From positions 1 through 64,000 of the IMG/VR virus record IMGVR_UViG_3300002301_000013: a DNA stretch of 64,000 nucleotides, one strand, 5' to 3'. A program made the position numbers and the translations under genes. This document shows, piece by piece, positions 10,322 through 24,200 of this stretch. The notes beneath the pieces are model-generated. The model did not search any database. It saw nothing but the letters and a program-made list of their open reading frames with translations, and was not told where the DNA came from. Numbering within the stretch: position 1 is the first letter of the stretch; the number at the start of each line of letters is the position of its first letter. The stretch comes from a virus (Duplodnaviria > Caudoviricetes).

Positions 10322-12256
10322 ATGGCAAAGCGTAAAAGTGTAAACTTTTTACCACAGGTTTTTAACACTCTTTCTAATAAAAGATTTTTAAATGCTACTA
10401 TGGACCCACTAATTCAGGAACCAAGCCTGAAAAAGATGTATGGTTATATTGGTCAACAAGATCAAAGCCCTGTTTATACTACTGGTGATTATTATATTAA
10501 CGAAAGCGATAGTTACAGTCAGTTCTATCAATTAGAACCAGGCGTTGTTATTAATAAACGTCAACTAGGAACAAATACCTATAAAGTAAACAATGTTTAT
10601 AGCTATGTTGATATCTTAAACCAAATAAGTGCTGATGGCGGTATCAACAATAATCATGATCGTCTCTTTACCAATCGTTATTATAGCTATAATGGATTCG
10701 TAGACCTTGACAAGCTAACAAACTATCGTCAATATTATTGGGTTCCTGGTGGACCATTAACTGTTGATGTTACTGCCGATACTGTATCAACTCAACAAGA
10801 TTTCTTTATTCATCGTAATAGTTATATTGCCAATAATGAAACAGAATTGCAAAGTGCTGCACTTGGTGAAACTGGTTATAGCGTAGATGGATATAATAAT
10901 GTTATCAACCCTACTTTAACATTGGTTCGTGGCGGAAGTTATAATTTCCATGTTAATCAAGGCACCCAGTTTTGGATTCAAACTGAAACTGGAACAAGTG
11001 GCGAAAGCAGTGTTCAAAATAATATTTCTACTCGTGATGTTATGGGTGTTTCTAATAATGGCGATGAAAGTGGTATTATAACATTTACTGTTCCGCTAAG
11101 CACTGCCCAAGATTATTTGATTAACTATCCAGCAATATCACAGCAAGTAGATATTATTGTTGATGGAATTACATATGACCAACTTCAAGGTCAAAATTAT
11201 GATAGCTTCATTCAATCAAATAGTTTAGATGGCGTTCGTTCGTTTGACGGCAAATTCGTAGTCTTTACAAGTTTAACTGGATTTACTGGCGTAGATAGTT
11301 CACAATTTGGTGGTGTTTGGCAAATCAATGTTGATAATAATTCAACTTTGCCTGATATGGTTACTCCAAATCCAGATTATAGAAATATGAATTTAACTTA
11401 TATCGCTCCTTGGACAAACCTTTATAAAGTGTTTGTTGGACAAGGCGATGTATATGGACATGTGTATGCTTACAAAAACAATGTTGGCGTAATTACCAAG
11501 TTCCCAACCCTAAGTGCTGCTCAAAGCGTTCTTTATTATGTTGATGCAACAAATCCACTTGTTTATGGTGAGATTCGTCTTGTTGATCCAACTCCTAATA
11601 GTTTGCTAAATGTAAACGATATTATCGGTCGTGTAAATTATACTAGTCCAAATGGCGTTAAGTTTACAAGCGGATTAAAAGTTAAATTTACTGGTTTGGT
11701 TGTTCCAAGTGAATATCAAGGCAATGAATATATCGTTGAAGGCGTTGGCACTAGTATTAGTCTCATAAAATATAGTGATCTTGTTACACCAGAAATTATT
11801 AACACTAATCTTGGAAGTTCGTTTGGCAATGGTCAAGGCTATGATGCTAATGGTTCAGGTTTTGATGGAACTTCCAACAGCCCAGAAGAAAAAGATTATG
11901 TTACTATCAATCGCGCAAGTGTTGATGGCAATAGTTGGAGCCGTAACAATCGTTGGTTCCATCATGATGTGCTTCAGTATGCTGCTGATTTTAACAATAC
12001 TAATTATAGTTTTGATTCTAATCAACAAGCAAAGCGTCCTATTGTTGAATTTTTACCTAATTTAAAACTTTTTAATTATGGCGTAAATTATCGTGGACCT
12101 GTTACTGTTATTGATACTACAACAACTGATGCTTTTTCACAAATTGAAGGTCAAAATCCACAAGCAACATCAAAATATTATACTGATGGTATCCCATTAT
12201 TGAATAATAGCTTCCGATCTCTGTTGTGTTTACACAGGATACTAATCCAACAGTAA
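10322..12256 (+). CDS. Giant virion structural protein, N-terminal part (apparent stop is probably a frameshift artefact)
   Basis: 644-aa ORF whose last ~14 residues follow a CTTCCGATCT insert. It overlaps the next ORF in the -1 frame. Confidence 0.75.
   Translation: MAKRKSVNFLPQVFNTLSNKRFLNATMDPLIQEPSLKKMYGYIGQQDQSPVYTTGDYYINESDSYSQFYQLEPGVVINKRQLGTNTYKVNNVYSYVDILNQISADGGINNNHDRLFTNRYYSYNGFVDLDKLTNYRQYYWVPGGPLTVDVTADTVSTQQDFFIHRNSYIANNETELQSAALGETGYSVDGYNNVINPTLTLVRGGSYNFHVNQGTQFWIQTETGTSGESSVQNNISTRDVMGVSNNGDESGIITFTVPLSTAQDYLINYPAISQQVDIIVDGITYDQLQGQNYDSFIQSNSLDGVRSFDGKFVVFTSLTGFTGVDSSQFGGVWQINVDNNSTLPDMVTPNPDYRNMNLTYIAPWTNLYKVFVGQGDVYGHVYAYKNNVGVITKFPTLSAAQSVLYYVDATNPLVYGEIRLVDPTPNSLLNVNDIIGRVNYTSPNGVKFTSGLKVKFTGLVVPSEYQGNEYIVEGVGTSISLIKYSDLVTPEIINTNLGSSFGNGQGYDANGSGFDGTSNSPEEKDYVTINRASVDGNSWSRNNRWFHHDVLQYAADFNNTNYSFDSNQQAKRPIVEFLPNLKLFNYGVNYRGPVTVIDTTTTDAFSQIEGQNPQATSKYYTDGIPLLNNSFRSLLCLHRILIQQ
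12211..12220 (+). other. Probable Illumina adapter remnant CTTCCGATCT causing a frameshift
   Basis: Exact match to the last 10 nt of TruSeq GCTCTTCCGATCT, lying exactly at the frame junction of the two giant-protein ORFs. Confidence 0.75.
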
Positions 12257-15200
12257 GAAATACTATCTATAAAGTTCAAAACAATAAAATTCATAGTTAT
12301 AATAATTTTAATATTAGAATTGTTGCATTTAGTGCTGCTGGCACAAATATCATTTATGTAAATGATTTAACTAATCTATATGTTGGATTAAAAGTTACTG
12401 CTGGTAGCAGTTGGACACAAAGTGCTATTCCTAACAATACCTATATTACAGCGATTGACGATATAACTGGTGCTATAACTTTAAGCAAAAATTTAACAGA
12501 TAATATATCTCCATCTAGACTTATTCCTGCCACGACTGCAATTGGTTCAACAGTAGCTAACACACCATATTATAATGTTCAAAAATTAGTAACTGTTCCG
12601 CTAAGCATCGGATTTAATACTTTTACTGTATATGATATAAGTTATCTTTCCGTTGGCCAGTCAGTGACTGGAACTGGTGTTCCTAATAATACAACTATCA
12701 CAAGTATCGTTGCACAATCTGATCCATCAGGTGCTACTACTCCTTGGCAAATTACTGTTAGCAATAATTTTACTGTCAATGCAACAGAAACATTAACCAT
12801 TGCTTCGGCTGGTGTTATTGGTATAAGCACTGGTCAGATAGTAAACGATACAAATACTATTAATCCAGCGATTCCTGCTGGCATTGCCGTAGGCTCAATC
12901 GTTGGCGGAAATATTCATCTTGGCTCAGTTAATGCGCCTTCTAATGCTACTTTAACCGAAAACAATGTTGTGTTTGCATTTAATAATCCTGTTGATACAA
13001 CAGATTATACTGTATTGACATTTAGCAGCGACAGTTACCAAATACATTTGGTTCCTTCTGGAACGGTAAACAATGGCGATACAGTCATTGCTATGGAAGG
13101 TGTATCAAATCAAGGTAACATGTTCTATTACATTGATGGAAATTGGAATCTGGCACAAGTTCGCAATAGTCGTCCACAGTTTCCACTATTTGATGTTATT
13201 GATAGCAACAGTTATAGTCTTGGTGACCATTCAGTATATCCAAGCAGTAACTTCAAAGGCAGCAAGCTATTTGGCTATGCTATTGGAACTGGCACTCGTG
13301 ATAGTGAGTTAGGTTTTCCACTGGTTTATAAGAGCATTGGTAATCTTGGCGATATTGTATTTCAAAATTACTATCAAACTGACTCATTTGATTATAACTT
13401 GAATCAGGTTGATACAATTAAGAATGTAAACATTGGTTATGGCGCAATCATCAATAGCTATGATAATTATAATTTTGCCAATGGTTGGTATAAAGTAGCT
13501 GATAAAAGCAAGCAATATATTACAAAAACTTTTAATGCATCAGATATATCCTTAAACAATTTTGATTTGGGTATTGTGTATGAGAATAGCTATTATGAAA
13601 ATAATGTGTTTGTTTACATTAATGGCAAACTTCAAAATCAAGACACTTATACTTTAAAAACTAGTTCAACCACAAGTGTGATTGTTCTTAACCAAAATTT
13701 AAATGTTGGTGATCGTGTATTCGTCAAGATTTTCGGCACAACTTCTCAGTATAAACAAACTTATACTATGCCTAGAAATCTTACAAATAACAGTGATAAT
13801 ACTGAATTTACAAGTATTACTCTTGGTCAATTACGCAATCATCTTATTGAGATTGGCGATAATTTATTAAATCTTGTTGGTGAACCTGCTGGTTCTAACA
13901 ACTTCCGTGACTTAAACTTTAATGATGTTGGTGGAAAACTGCTACAACATAGTGCAAGTTTAAGACCAGCATCGTTGTTATTAGCTAACAATGATGTTGA
14001 TCCAGTCCAAATTATTCGTTATGCTGCGGATAGTTATACAAACTTTAAGAGTCAACTTCTTGATTATATTAGCAACACTCAGTTTCCTGATCCTAATAAT
14101 TATCGTGCAAGTTTAGATTTAATTCTATCACAATTTACCGCAGTTGCTAATGGTGGTTCTCCATATTATTATACAGATATGGCTCCTAGTGGCACAGATT
14201 TTATCAAGAGCACTTACACTGTTCAAAATACAACTTATCGTAGCTTTAACTTTACACAAAGTTTTGCCGATGATATTAAGCAATATACTGCTGCAATGAT
14301 TTATTTGAATGGCATTTTGCTCATCAAGAATCATGATTATACTATCAATAATAAGGTTGTTACAATTTCATCAACGGTTGCATTAAATCGTGGTGATGTT
14401 ATTGAAATTAATGAATATGCTAGCACTGTTGGTTGTAACATACCTGCAACTCCAACTAAGCTTGGTATCTATCCAAAATATGAACCACAAATTGTCACTG
14501 ACAGTACCTATGTTACACCAACTGTTGGTATTATTGGGCATGATGGAAGCTTTACTGCTGCATGGGGCGATTATCGTGATCATATTCTTCTTGAATTTGA
14601 AAAGCGTGTTTATAATAATATTACAACAACCTATGCTAACAGTAGCGATACTGGCTTAAACAGTGTTATTCCTGGTGCTTTCCGTAAGACTGATTATTCA
14701 ATTGATGAGTGGACTCAACTACTTGCACCAGCATTTCTTCGTTGGAGCAATATCAACAATGTTGATATCTTTACAAATAATACTGTAACAAACAATGAAT
14801 TTACTTGGAATTATAGCAGCGGCACTGATAAACTATTCTTTAATAGTGTACCTGGTAACTGGCGCGGTATCTACAATTATTTTTATGATACTGATAAGCC
14901 TCATACAAATCCTTGGGAAATGCTTGGCTTTGCTGAACAACCATCTTGGTGGGAATTGCGCTATGGTCCAGCACCCTATACAAGTGCAAACAATGTTCTA
15001 TGGGCTGATCTTGAATTAGGATTTATCTATGGCGGTAATCCAAATGCAAGCTATATTGACAGTCGTTATAGCCGTCTTGGTCTAAGTCAAATCATTCCAG
15101 TTGATGAACATGGCAACTTGCTATCTCCTAATTTCAGTGTAATTGGAAGCTTTGATGCTAATCTTGCAACACAAAATTGGCGAGTTGGTGATCAAGGTCC

Positions 15201-18200
15201 AGCAGAAACTGCATGGCGTCGTAGCGTAGATTATCCATTCGCTGTTCAAATTGCATGGTTCCTTGCTCGTCCAGCAGAATGGGCTGCGTTAAATTATAAT
15301 ACTCGTGATCTAACTTATAACAGTATTCTTGATCAAATTATCAATAGCAAATCAAATAGTCGTGTATTTGATTTCTCTGTTACATCTTCAAGTGATTATA
15401 TTCCAGGTTACAATGTATGGTTAAGAGATTATCTTACTAGCAATAACTTAGATGTAACTGAAAACTGGCTTAATGTTGTTAATAACAGCACATTCAATCT
15501 TGTTTATAAGATGGGTGCATATACAGACAAGAGTTATCTAACTATTGTTGCTGACCAAGTTAGTCCACAAAGCACTAATAGTAGTGTTATTATTCCACAA
15601 GAAAATTACCGTGTCAAGGTTACTAAGAGTGCTCCTGTTTCTCGTGCAATTTATAGCGCAGTTATTGTTCAAAAAACAACAGATGGTTATCAAGTCAATG
15701 GGTTTGACAAAGAACGCCCATATTTCTTGACGATTCCAAGTCTCGTTAGCAGTAACAATTATGGTATCACTGTTGGAATTGATACTGCTGTTATCTATTT
15801 GGATGCAGCCGCAGGAATTGTTAGCTATCCATATGGAACTATCTTTAATACAAAGCAACAAGTTGTTGACTTCTTAGTAAGTTATGGTCGTTATCTTGAA
15901 TCACAAGGTTTCTCATTCCAAGAATTTTTAAGTGATAACAATACTAAGCAAGATTGGACTCTTGCTGCAAAAGAATTTTTGTTCTGGGATCAACAAGATT
16001 GGGGCAATAGCACAATCATTAGCTTGACTCCAACTGGAACAAACATCAATTTTAGCAGTTTATTTGGTCTTGTTGATACAATTTCAAATACTAATAACTA
16101 TACTAAAATTATCAATAGTGATAATGTTACCTTAACTGGTCGTGATTATCGTGTATATCGTGAAGATAATAACTTCTCAGTTACATTAAAGAACGCTCAA
16201 AAAGGTATTCATTTATTAGATATTACTGTTGTTCAATATGAACATACTCTTATTTTTGACAATACTACAGTGTTCAATGATATTCTTTATGATGAGCAAG
16301 CTGGCAGTCGTCAGTTCCGTTTGCGCATTGATGGCAGTAAAACACAGGATTGGAATGGTTCACTTTATGCGCCAGGTTTCTTTGTCAATATAAGCGATAT
16401 TCCTGAATGGTCTGCTTATACAGATTATTATACTGGTGATATTGTGCTATTCAAAACACAATATTTTGCTGCTCAAAACTTTATTCCAGGCAGTGCTACA
16501 TTTAAAAGCAGTGATTGGTATACAATCAATGGAAATCTATTAGGCAAAGACCTTATTCCAAATATGGCAAGTGGGGCTGCACAATTTACTAATTTCCATG
16601 ATCCAGATGCAACTGATCTTAACAGTGCCGCCGATGCATTAAGCAAAAGCGAAACTGGATTTAGTCCTCGCCAATACTTTACTGATCTTGGTTTAGATAC
16701 AACTACTCAATATAAGTTCTATCTTGGAATGATTGCACAAAAAGGAACACAAGCTGTTTTTAATGCATATCTTCGTAACAAACAGAAGCGTATTGACAGT
16801 GATATTACATTAAATGAACAGTGGGCAATTAAACTTGACAACTATGGCGGAAATAATGATACTGACAAGTTAGAATTTAATATTGGTAATGCAATAGCTA
16901 TCAATAGCCAATATCTATTTCAACTTATCAATGAAACTGATTCTCGTCCATCAGATTATAATGGCGTTAAACCAAGCGACTTGCTTTATAAGCCAAGAAA
17001 GTATAATACTGATATTTTCTCACTTGATTCTCCTCATAAACAGATTATACCAACTGCTGGTCCAGTTAACACAAATGATGTTTCTGCAACAGTATTTGAT
17101 ATTTCTAAAATCTTTAATATTAGTGCACTTAACACTATATTGGGAGAAGGAAGTAAAATTTGGATTGCAGCAGATAGCAGCAATCAATGGGGAGTATATC
17201 GTTTAAGTCAAACTAACATTTTGGCAGTAACATATGTAAATCCAATAAGTCCAACTGAATTACAATTCACTACCAGCGCACCACATGGTTTAGCAAAGTA
17301 TGATTATGTCATGCTTAAAAATGGACAATTGCTAAGTGCACAAAGCACAAGTGGCGTTGTTGACATGAGCGGATTTTATAGAGTATCCAGTGTTAATGGC
17401 AATACATTTAATGTAAAGATTACTAATAATGTTAAAGTTGGAACTGGTAATCTAAAAGCATCTCTATTCAAACTTATCAATGTTCGTTATGCAACAAGCA
17501 ATGATTTTGCTAACTTCACTCCTGTTCGTGGATGGAATACTGGCGAAATTGTTTATATTGACAATGGGCCTGATGGTTATAATGTTCTACAAAATACAAA
17601 TAATTGGGCATATAATCAAACTAAGAGTCCAGTGTTTACATCTCCAAGTGACAACTATGGCAGCAGTGTAAAGATTAATCATAATCAAGGATTTGCCGTA
17701 GTTGGCGCAAGCCAAAAAAATACTAGTGGTAGTGCTTTTGTTTATGGCAAAAATCAAGATAATACTTGGCAAGAATTTGGTGTATTGACACCAGATAGCC
17801 GTATTCGTGGTTTTGGTAGCAATGTAGATATCAATGTAAACAATATTGCCTTTATTAGTGCTCCTACTGGACAAAAAGGCGTTGTTTATGTAGCCAATGT
17901 TAATAGTCAACAAATTGCGCTAAGCCAAGCTATTCACTATGATAATCTGTATGCTATTAGTGCAGGATTCTCACAGTCAAACAATAATATACTCTTATCA
18001 ACTGTCTTTACTTTTGATAGCACTGCTAATATTGCTGGTCAAGCTAGTTATAGCTTAAGCAACTTTGCTGTTGGAATGGGCGTCGGCGGTGCTGGTATAC
18101 CAAGTGGAACAAAAATTACTAGTATTACTCCAGTAGCAGCTACTAACACTATTGTTGTTAATAAAACTAACAGTGTTCATATTGGTGACACTGCTACAAT

Positions 18201-21200
18201 CTTGCAATCTAACAGCAGTATTTTTACTACGCTGTATGCAAATATTGCAAGTAGCAATGCTAATGTTTATATTGGCAATGTTGGACAGTCTATTACTGGC
18301 ATTTTGGCAAACACAATGCCTGTATTAGGCAATGGTATTCCAGTTGGAACATATATTAAGAGCATTAGTAATATTACTGGTTACAAAGTTCTTACATTAA
18401 GTAGCAATGTAACTATCCCAAGTGGAAATCTTCTTACTGTTGTTAATAATAATTCAAGTGTTATCCAAAGCGGTGTTACGAGTGTAACAACTACTGGCAA
18501 CAATTACTTTATTATTAGCGGCGCTCAAAGCACTTATCTTGTAGCGAATGGACAACCGATTATTGGTTCTAACCTTGCAAATGGTACAGTGATTTCTAAT
18601 CTTGCAATTGGACCAGCATTTAACATTCTTGGTGTTAACAGCAATGTTAATTTAAGCAATAGCGAAAAGATTGCAATCTATCCAAATGTTCAACCAACAA
18701 GTAATTTTGGTTATAGCATTAGTGCAAGTGGTGATGGAAAATGGCTATATGTTGGTGAACCTGTTACTAACAGTGTTTATGTTTACGAGTATGCAAATCT
18801 TGCAACAAGTACATCAACTCGTATAGGCGATGGACATACAACAAGTTTCTCATATCCAATCGGCGCTCCTTCAACTGCTAGTGCAAACGATATTAAAGTT
18901 TATGTCAATGGAATCTTAAATGTTCCAAATCTAGACTATATCAAGACACCAGGTCAAACTGTCATTACATTTGATACTCCGCCAGCAGCTAATGCAGCAA
19001 TTTTAATAAGCTATGAAAGTCATTATGTTGAAACAAATCGCATTGTGACTGATGATCCACAAGCTAGCATGTTTGGTGCAAGTGTAAGCACCAACTATGA
19101 TGGAAGTGTGGTTGTAATTGGTGCTGCAAACAGTGCAGCAACATTCAGCACAACTTTCACCAATGCAGGCAAAACTTATATCTATGACCGCACTGCTGAA
19201 ATCTTCACTGCTGATGGATTGACAACAACATTCCAATTAAGCAATGCTTTTGCTAACCTAACAACTATTACTACTCCGACTTTGGTTACCAATCCTGCTG
19301 TTACAGTTGATGGCATTGATGATACTGCAAATGCAACATTCAATTTAGTTGCTAATCAAGTGACATTGGCAACTGCGCCACAAAGTGGCAGCATTGTTCG
19401 TGTTGAAACAAATCAGTTTATCAATACAAAAATTGCTACAACTGATGTTGGTCAGCAAAATAGCAGCTATGGAACTGCTGTTAAAGTATCTAATGATGGC
19501 AGCAGCGCATTTTCATCTGCAACTGGTTATGGATTAACAAGCAGTCAAAATGGTGTGATATTCTATCTAAAAAATATCCCACAACAATATGGTGCTGCGA
19601 TTGGAACACAGTCAAACTTTACAATGATTGCTAATAATGCTGTTCGTATTAATGATTATCTTGTTACCTTTACTGGTGGCAGTGTTCAGCAAACCGTAAC
19701 AGATATTAATAATGTTAATATTCCATATGTAACCGCAAGTGTTCTTGCTAATAATGCCATTTCTATTTCAACAAGCGATACTGTAAGTGCAGTAAAACTT
19801 CGCTTGCGCAATGAAGTTGGTAACCCATTAACATTAATGGGCATTACTCAGTGGCAAACTATTCAACGCTTGAATAATCCACTTGCACAAGATACTGCGC
19901 ACTTTGGCGAAATCTTAAGTCTAAGTGCAGATAGCAATACTCTTGTTGTTGGAAGTACCCTAAGCAATACCAAGACACGAGTAACATTTGATAAAGCAAT
20001 AACAACTTTTGATGGCGCTGGTCTACGATTTATTGACACAGTTTATCAAAGCGGTGCCGCTCATGTTTATGAATATCAAGCTGTTACTAATGAAAACTAT
20101 GCAAGCTATGGCAATTTTGCTTATGCAACTCTCTTAAATGATCAGTTTGCTAAGAGTTATGATCGTTATGGAAGCGGCATTGATATCAGTGATAACTTTA
20201 TCATGGTTGGTGCTCCTCATGCAAGTATTCTTAATAATTCTGTTGGTGCAATGTATGTTTATTATAATCAAAATGCTCAACCAGTATGGCAAAGTATTCG
20301 CAGTGGCGGCGTAGATTATGATAGTCGTAAGGTTAATCGTGTATATCTATACAATAGCACTACTGCAAAACTTATTGCTGACTTGCCAGTATATGATTTA
20401 ATCAATGGATTCTTGCCTAATGAAAGCGAAAGTTATATTGATTTTGTCATTAACTATGATCCAGCAGTTTATAACAAAGTTCCTACTAATGTCAGCTTCT
20501 CTTATGATCGTAAAAACGCATGGGGTAAAGAAAAATTAGGAAAACTTTGGTGGGATACTAATAGTATCAAGTATTATGATAATACTCAAGGCAAAATCAT
20601 TGACAGATTTAACTATTGGGGACTTGCTTTCCCAGGCAGTAAAGTAAATGTTTATGAATGGGTTGAAAGTCTTGTTCCTCCAAGTCAATATGTTGGAAGC
20701 AATGCTAACAATACTCCACTTTATACTATCAATGATGTTTATACTAGCGCCGTTGAAATTGACAGTGGAACTGGACAAGCTGTTACAAAGTATTATTTCT
20801 GGGTAAAGAATAGCACTTTAACCAATGATATTCGTCCAAGTGCACTAGAAATTCAAGGCTACCTAACCGTGCCTCGTGCAAGTAGCGAACCATTTGCTGC
20901 AATTATTAGTCAGGATTCTATTGCTGTGTTTGGTGCTTCAAACTTAATAAGCGTTGATACAAATCTTGCGATTGAATACAAAGATGTGTTAAAGCCACAG
21001 TTAGTTCATAGTGAATGGACTATGTTTGATGATGGCAGTGATCTTGGTGTTGCAGATGAGTTCTTGAATAAACTTAGCGACAGCTTAACAGGACAAGATG
21101 TCAGTGGAAGAATTGTTCCAGACCCAGTGTTGCCAATAGGACAAAAATATGGCATGAGTGTTATGCCTCGTCAAAGCCTATTCAAGGAACAATTTACTGG

Positions 21201-24200
21201 TCGTCAATTGTTTATTGAAAATATCAATCAGGTATGCCAAACATTTCCTATGGTATTGACTCGTGGAGATGCAGTAGCTGCATTAAATTACTTTGAACCA
21301 TTGCCAGATTCATCACAGTATACAACAAAGGTTGCCAACATAACTGAACTAGGTTATCTTGACAAGAATGTATATAAAGCAGGTGATTTTGTTTTAGTTG
21401 TAAACGATAGCAGCAATTATACAAATGGTTGGAGTTTATATCAACTTAATGTAGTGTTCCCGAATACAAGAACTTGGGAACTTGTGCAAGTTCAAACTTA
21501 CAATGTAAACAGTTATTGGACTTATACTAACTGGTATAGCACAAAGTATAATGCTTCAATTCAACCAACTCATACAGTATCAACTGAAAATGATATTGCC
21601 AATCTAACACTTAATGTTAATGATATTATCTATGTCACTAATAGCACTGCTGGTGGTTGGAAGTTGGTATTGGTTAATTCTAATAACCTAGAATTGCTTG
21701 CGCAAGAAAATGCCACAATCCAATTTACTAGCAGCTTATATGATCTTGTAGCAGCAAATCAAGGTTTCCAAACTAGCAGCTTCCAAAATGTAGGCTTTGA
21801 TGCTGATAGTAATCTTGAATTTAGTTATATCTTTAATGTGATCAAAGATAAGATGTTGATCAACGAATATCGTCCTAATTTTAAGGCAGCGATTAAGTTG
21901 ATGATTGATACTATTGCAACTCAGCATCAACAAACAGATTGGATGATGAAGACTTCATTTGTTGATATCTATCATCGTGTTCGTGGACTAGATCAGCTAC
22001 CAGTTTATCTGCCACAACCAGAATCTACTGTTACAGATTTCTTTAGTGAAGTTAAACCTTATCATACAAAACTTAAGCAGTATATTGCTATCTATGATAA
22101 TAACAATGCAATTGATTATGCTTATGCAAGTGCAACTGACTTTGATTTGCAACCATATAAGAACAGTATCATTAATAAATATCGCAGTCCACAACTTGGC
22201 AACAGTCTTGATACAACTGCATTGAGTTCACAAGCTGTTTATCAACCATGGGTTAACAATCATACATATAGCGTTAAGTTTATTGGTATAACCAATGGCG
22301 GCACTGGATATGATGGCACCACAACTGTTACTATTATTGGTGACGGAACTGGTGCAACTGCAACGGCATATATTGTAAATGGTTCGGTTAATAATATCCT
22401 AGTTACAAATCCAGGCACTGGATATACCTATGCAACAGCATATATCTATGGAATTGGAACTGGAGCAACTGCAACTGTTATTGTTGGCAATGGACTTGCT
22501 CGTACCTTTAACACATATATTAAGTATGATCGTTATACATACTTTAATAATATTCAAGATTGGTCAGCAAATACTGTTTATACAACAGATACAATTGTAG
22601 TATATAAAACAGAACCATATCGCGTAACTGTTGCTCATACTAGCGGAACCTCGTTTGATGCAACTAAATTTGTTGCTCTTGTGGTAAAAGTTTGGTATCC
22701 AGAAACAAGTTATGCAATCAATGATATTGTCATTTATCAAAACAATAGCTATGTTGCGACTCAAAACTTTACAAGCGGAGTCAATTTTGATAGCACTGTA
22801 AACAATTATAGTTTACAATATTGGAATCCAAATACAAGTTATACTACTAATAATATAGTGTTTAATTCCAATAATTACTATTCTCCTCGTGCAAATTACA
22901 CAAGTAATAGTGATATCAATGGAGACATTTACAACAGTTTATTCGTAACTGTTTCCACAACTGCATCTAATTATGTTATAACTGTTACCAATACAAATGG
23001 TATCGCAGTTGGTCAATATGTAACTGGTGCAGGTGTTGTTGGCGGCAGTCAAGTAACTGCCATAAGTGGCAATGGTGTAACTTTAAGTGCACCAGCCACT
23101 TCAACAGGAACAAATGTTATCATATTCTATACTGGTAATCTACAACTTACTGCTGTTAATCTTGTGCCATATACTGGTATGTGGCTTGATAATGCATGTG
23201 ATCGTGTATGGGCATACTATTCTCCAATGTCTGGCATGGCTGGTCGCGATCTTGCTCAAGTAATGACAGGCATTGAATATAGTGGCAACCAAGTTATTGG
23301 TCCAACATTTACACAAACACCTGGCTATGATGTTAACAACTATGATTATATTGCTTATGATTATGAAACATTTGATGCAGAGAATGTTGCAAATACATTT
23401 GGACCACAGGCAGAAGATACTTATATTCAAAGTTTCTTCACCGATAGTGGTCTAGGATTGCGCCCACAGGATATTAATGTTGTTGGTGGAGACTTCTATG
23501 ATGTATACAGCAGCCATGCTCCAGAAGAATTTATTCCTGGTCAAGTATTGGATACTGTAGATATTAAGGTTAAAACCCTACCAATTACCAACGGTGGTCC
23601 AGATATTAAAATCTTTACAGTAAACTATACTGGTTTGCAAACATTTAGTTTTGATCCTAATATTACTCATGTTTCTTATCCAGTTGGTGGTATTGAAAAG
23701 TTTTATATTGTTGATTCAACTATCGGTCCTATTGCCGAAACATTGAATTATACTGTGAATTATCAAGCAAAGACAATCACTGTAAACTATATTCCACAAA
23801 ACGGTACATATTTTTATGTTATGATGATTGGTGCCAATGGCGTAAATCCACTATATGACCAAGATTTCACTGCTGATGGTATTCAAACTGATTTTGATAT
23901 TCCTGACTTTACAACATCAACTGTTGGACAAGCATATGTCAAGGTCAATGGTGCAGTTGTAACTAATTGGAGTTTGGTAAACAAGTTAGAGAATGGTAAT
24001 ACTGTATTGGCTGTAAGATTTACAGTTGCTCCTGCTGCAAATGCTTTTGTTCAGGTTCATCTGTTTAATGTTGCAGTTGGAACTCGTGCGTATAGCGAAT
24101 GGTATGAACAATCATTCTCTATTCCAGTTGCAAGTTATCCAACTGGATACAACTTTACTCTTACAAATCCAGAAATCTACAATGAACCTATTAGCAGTTA

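Noticed and set aside
12211-12256. Programmed -1 ribosomal frameshift joining the two giant ORFs
   Set aside because: There is no X XXY YYZ slippery heptamer in the overlap, and the adapter-identical 10-mer explains the shift more simply.
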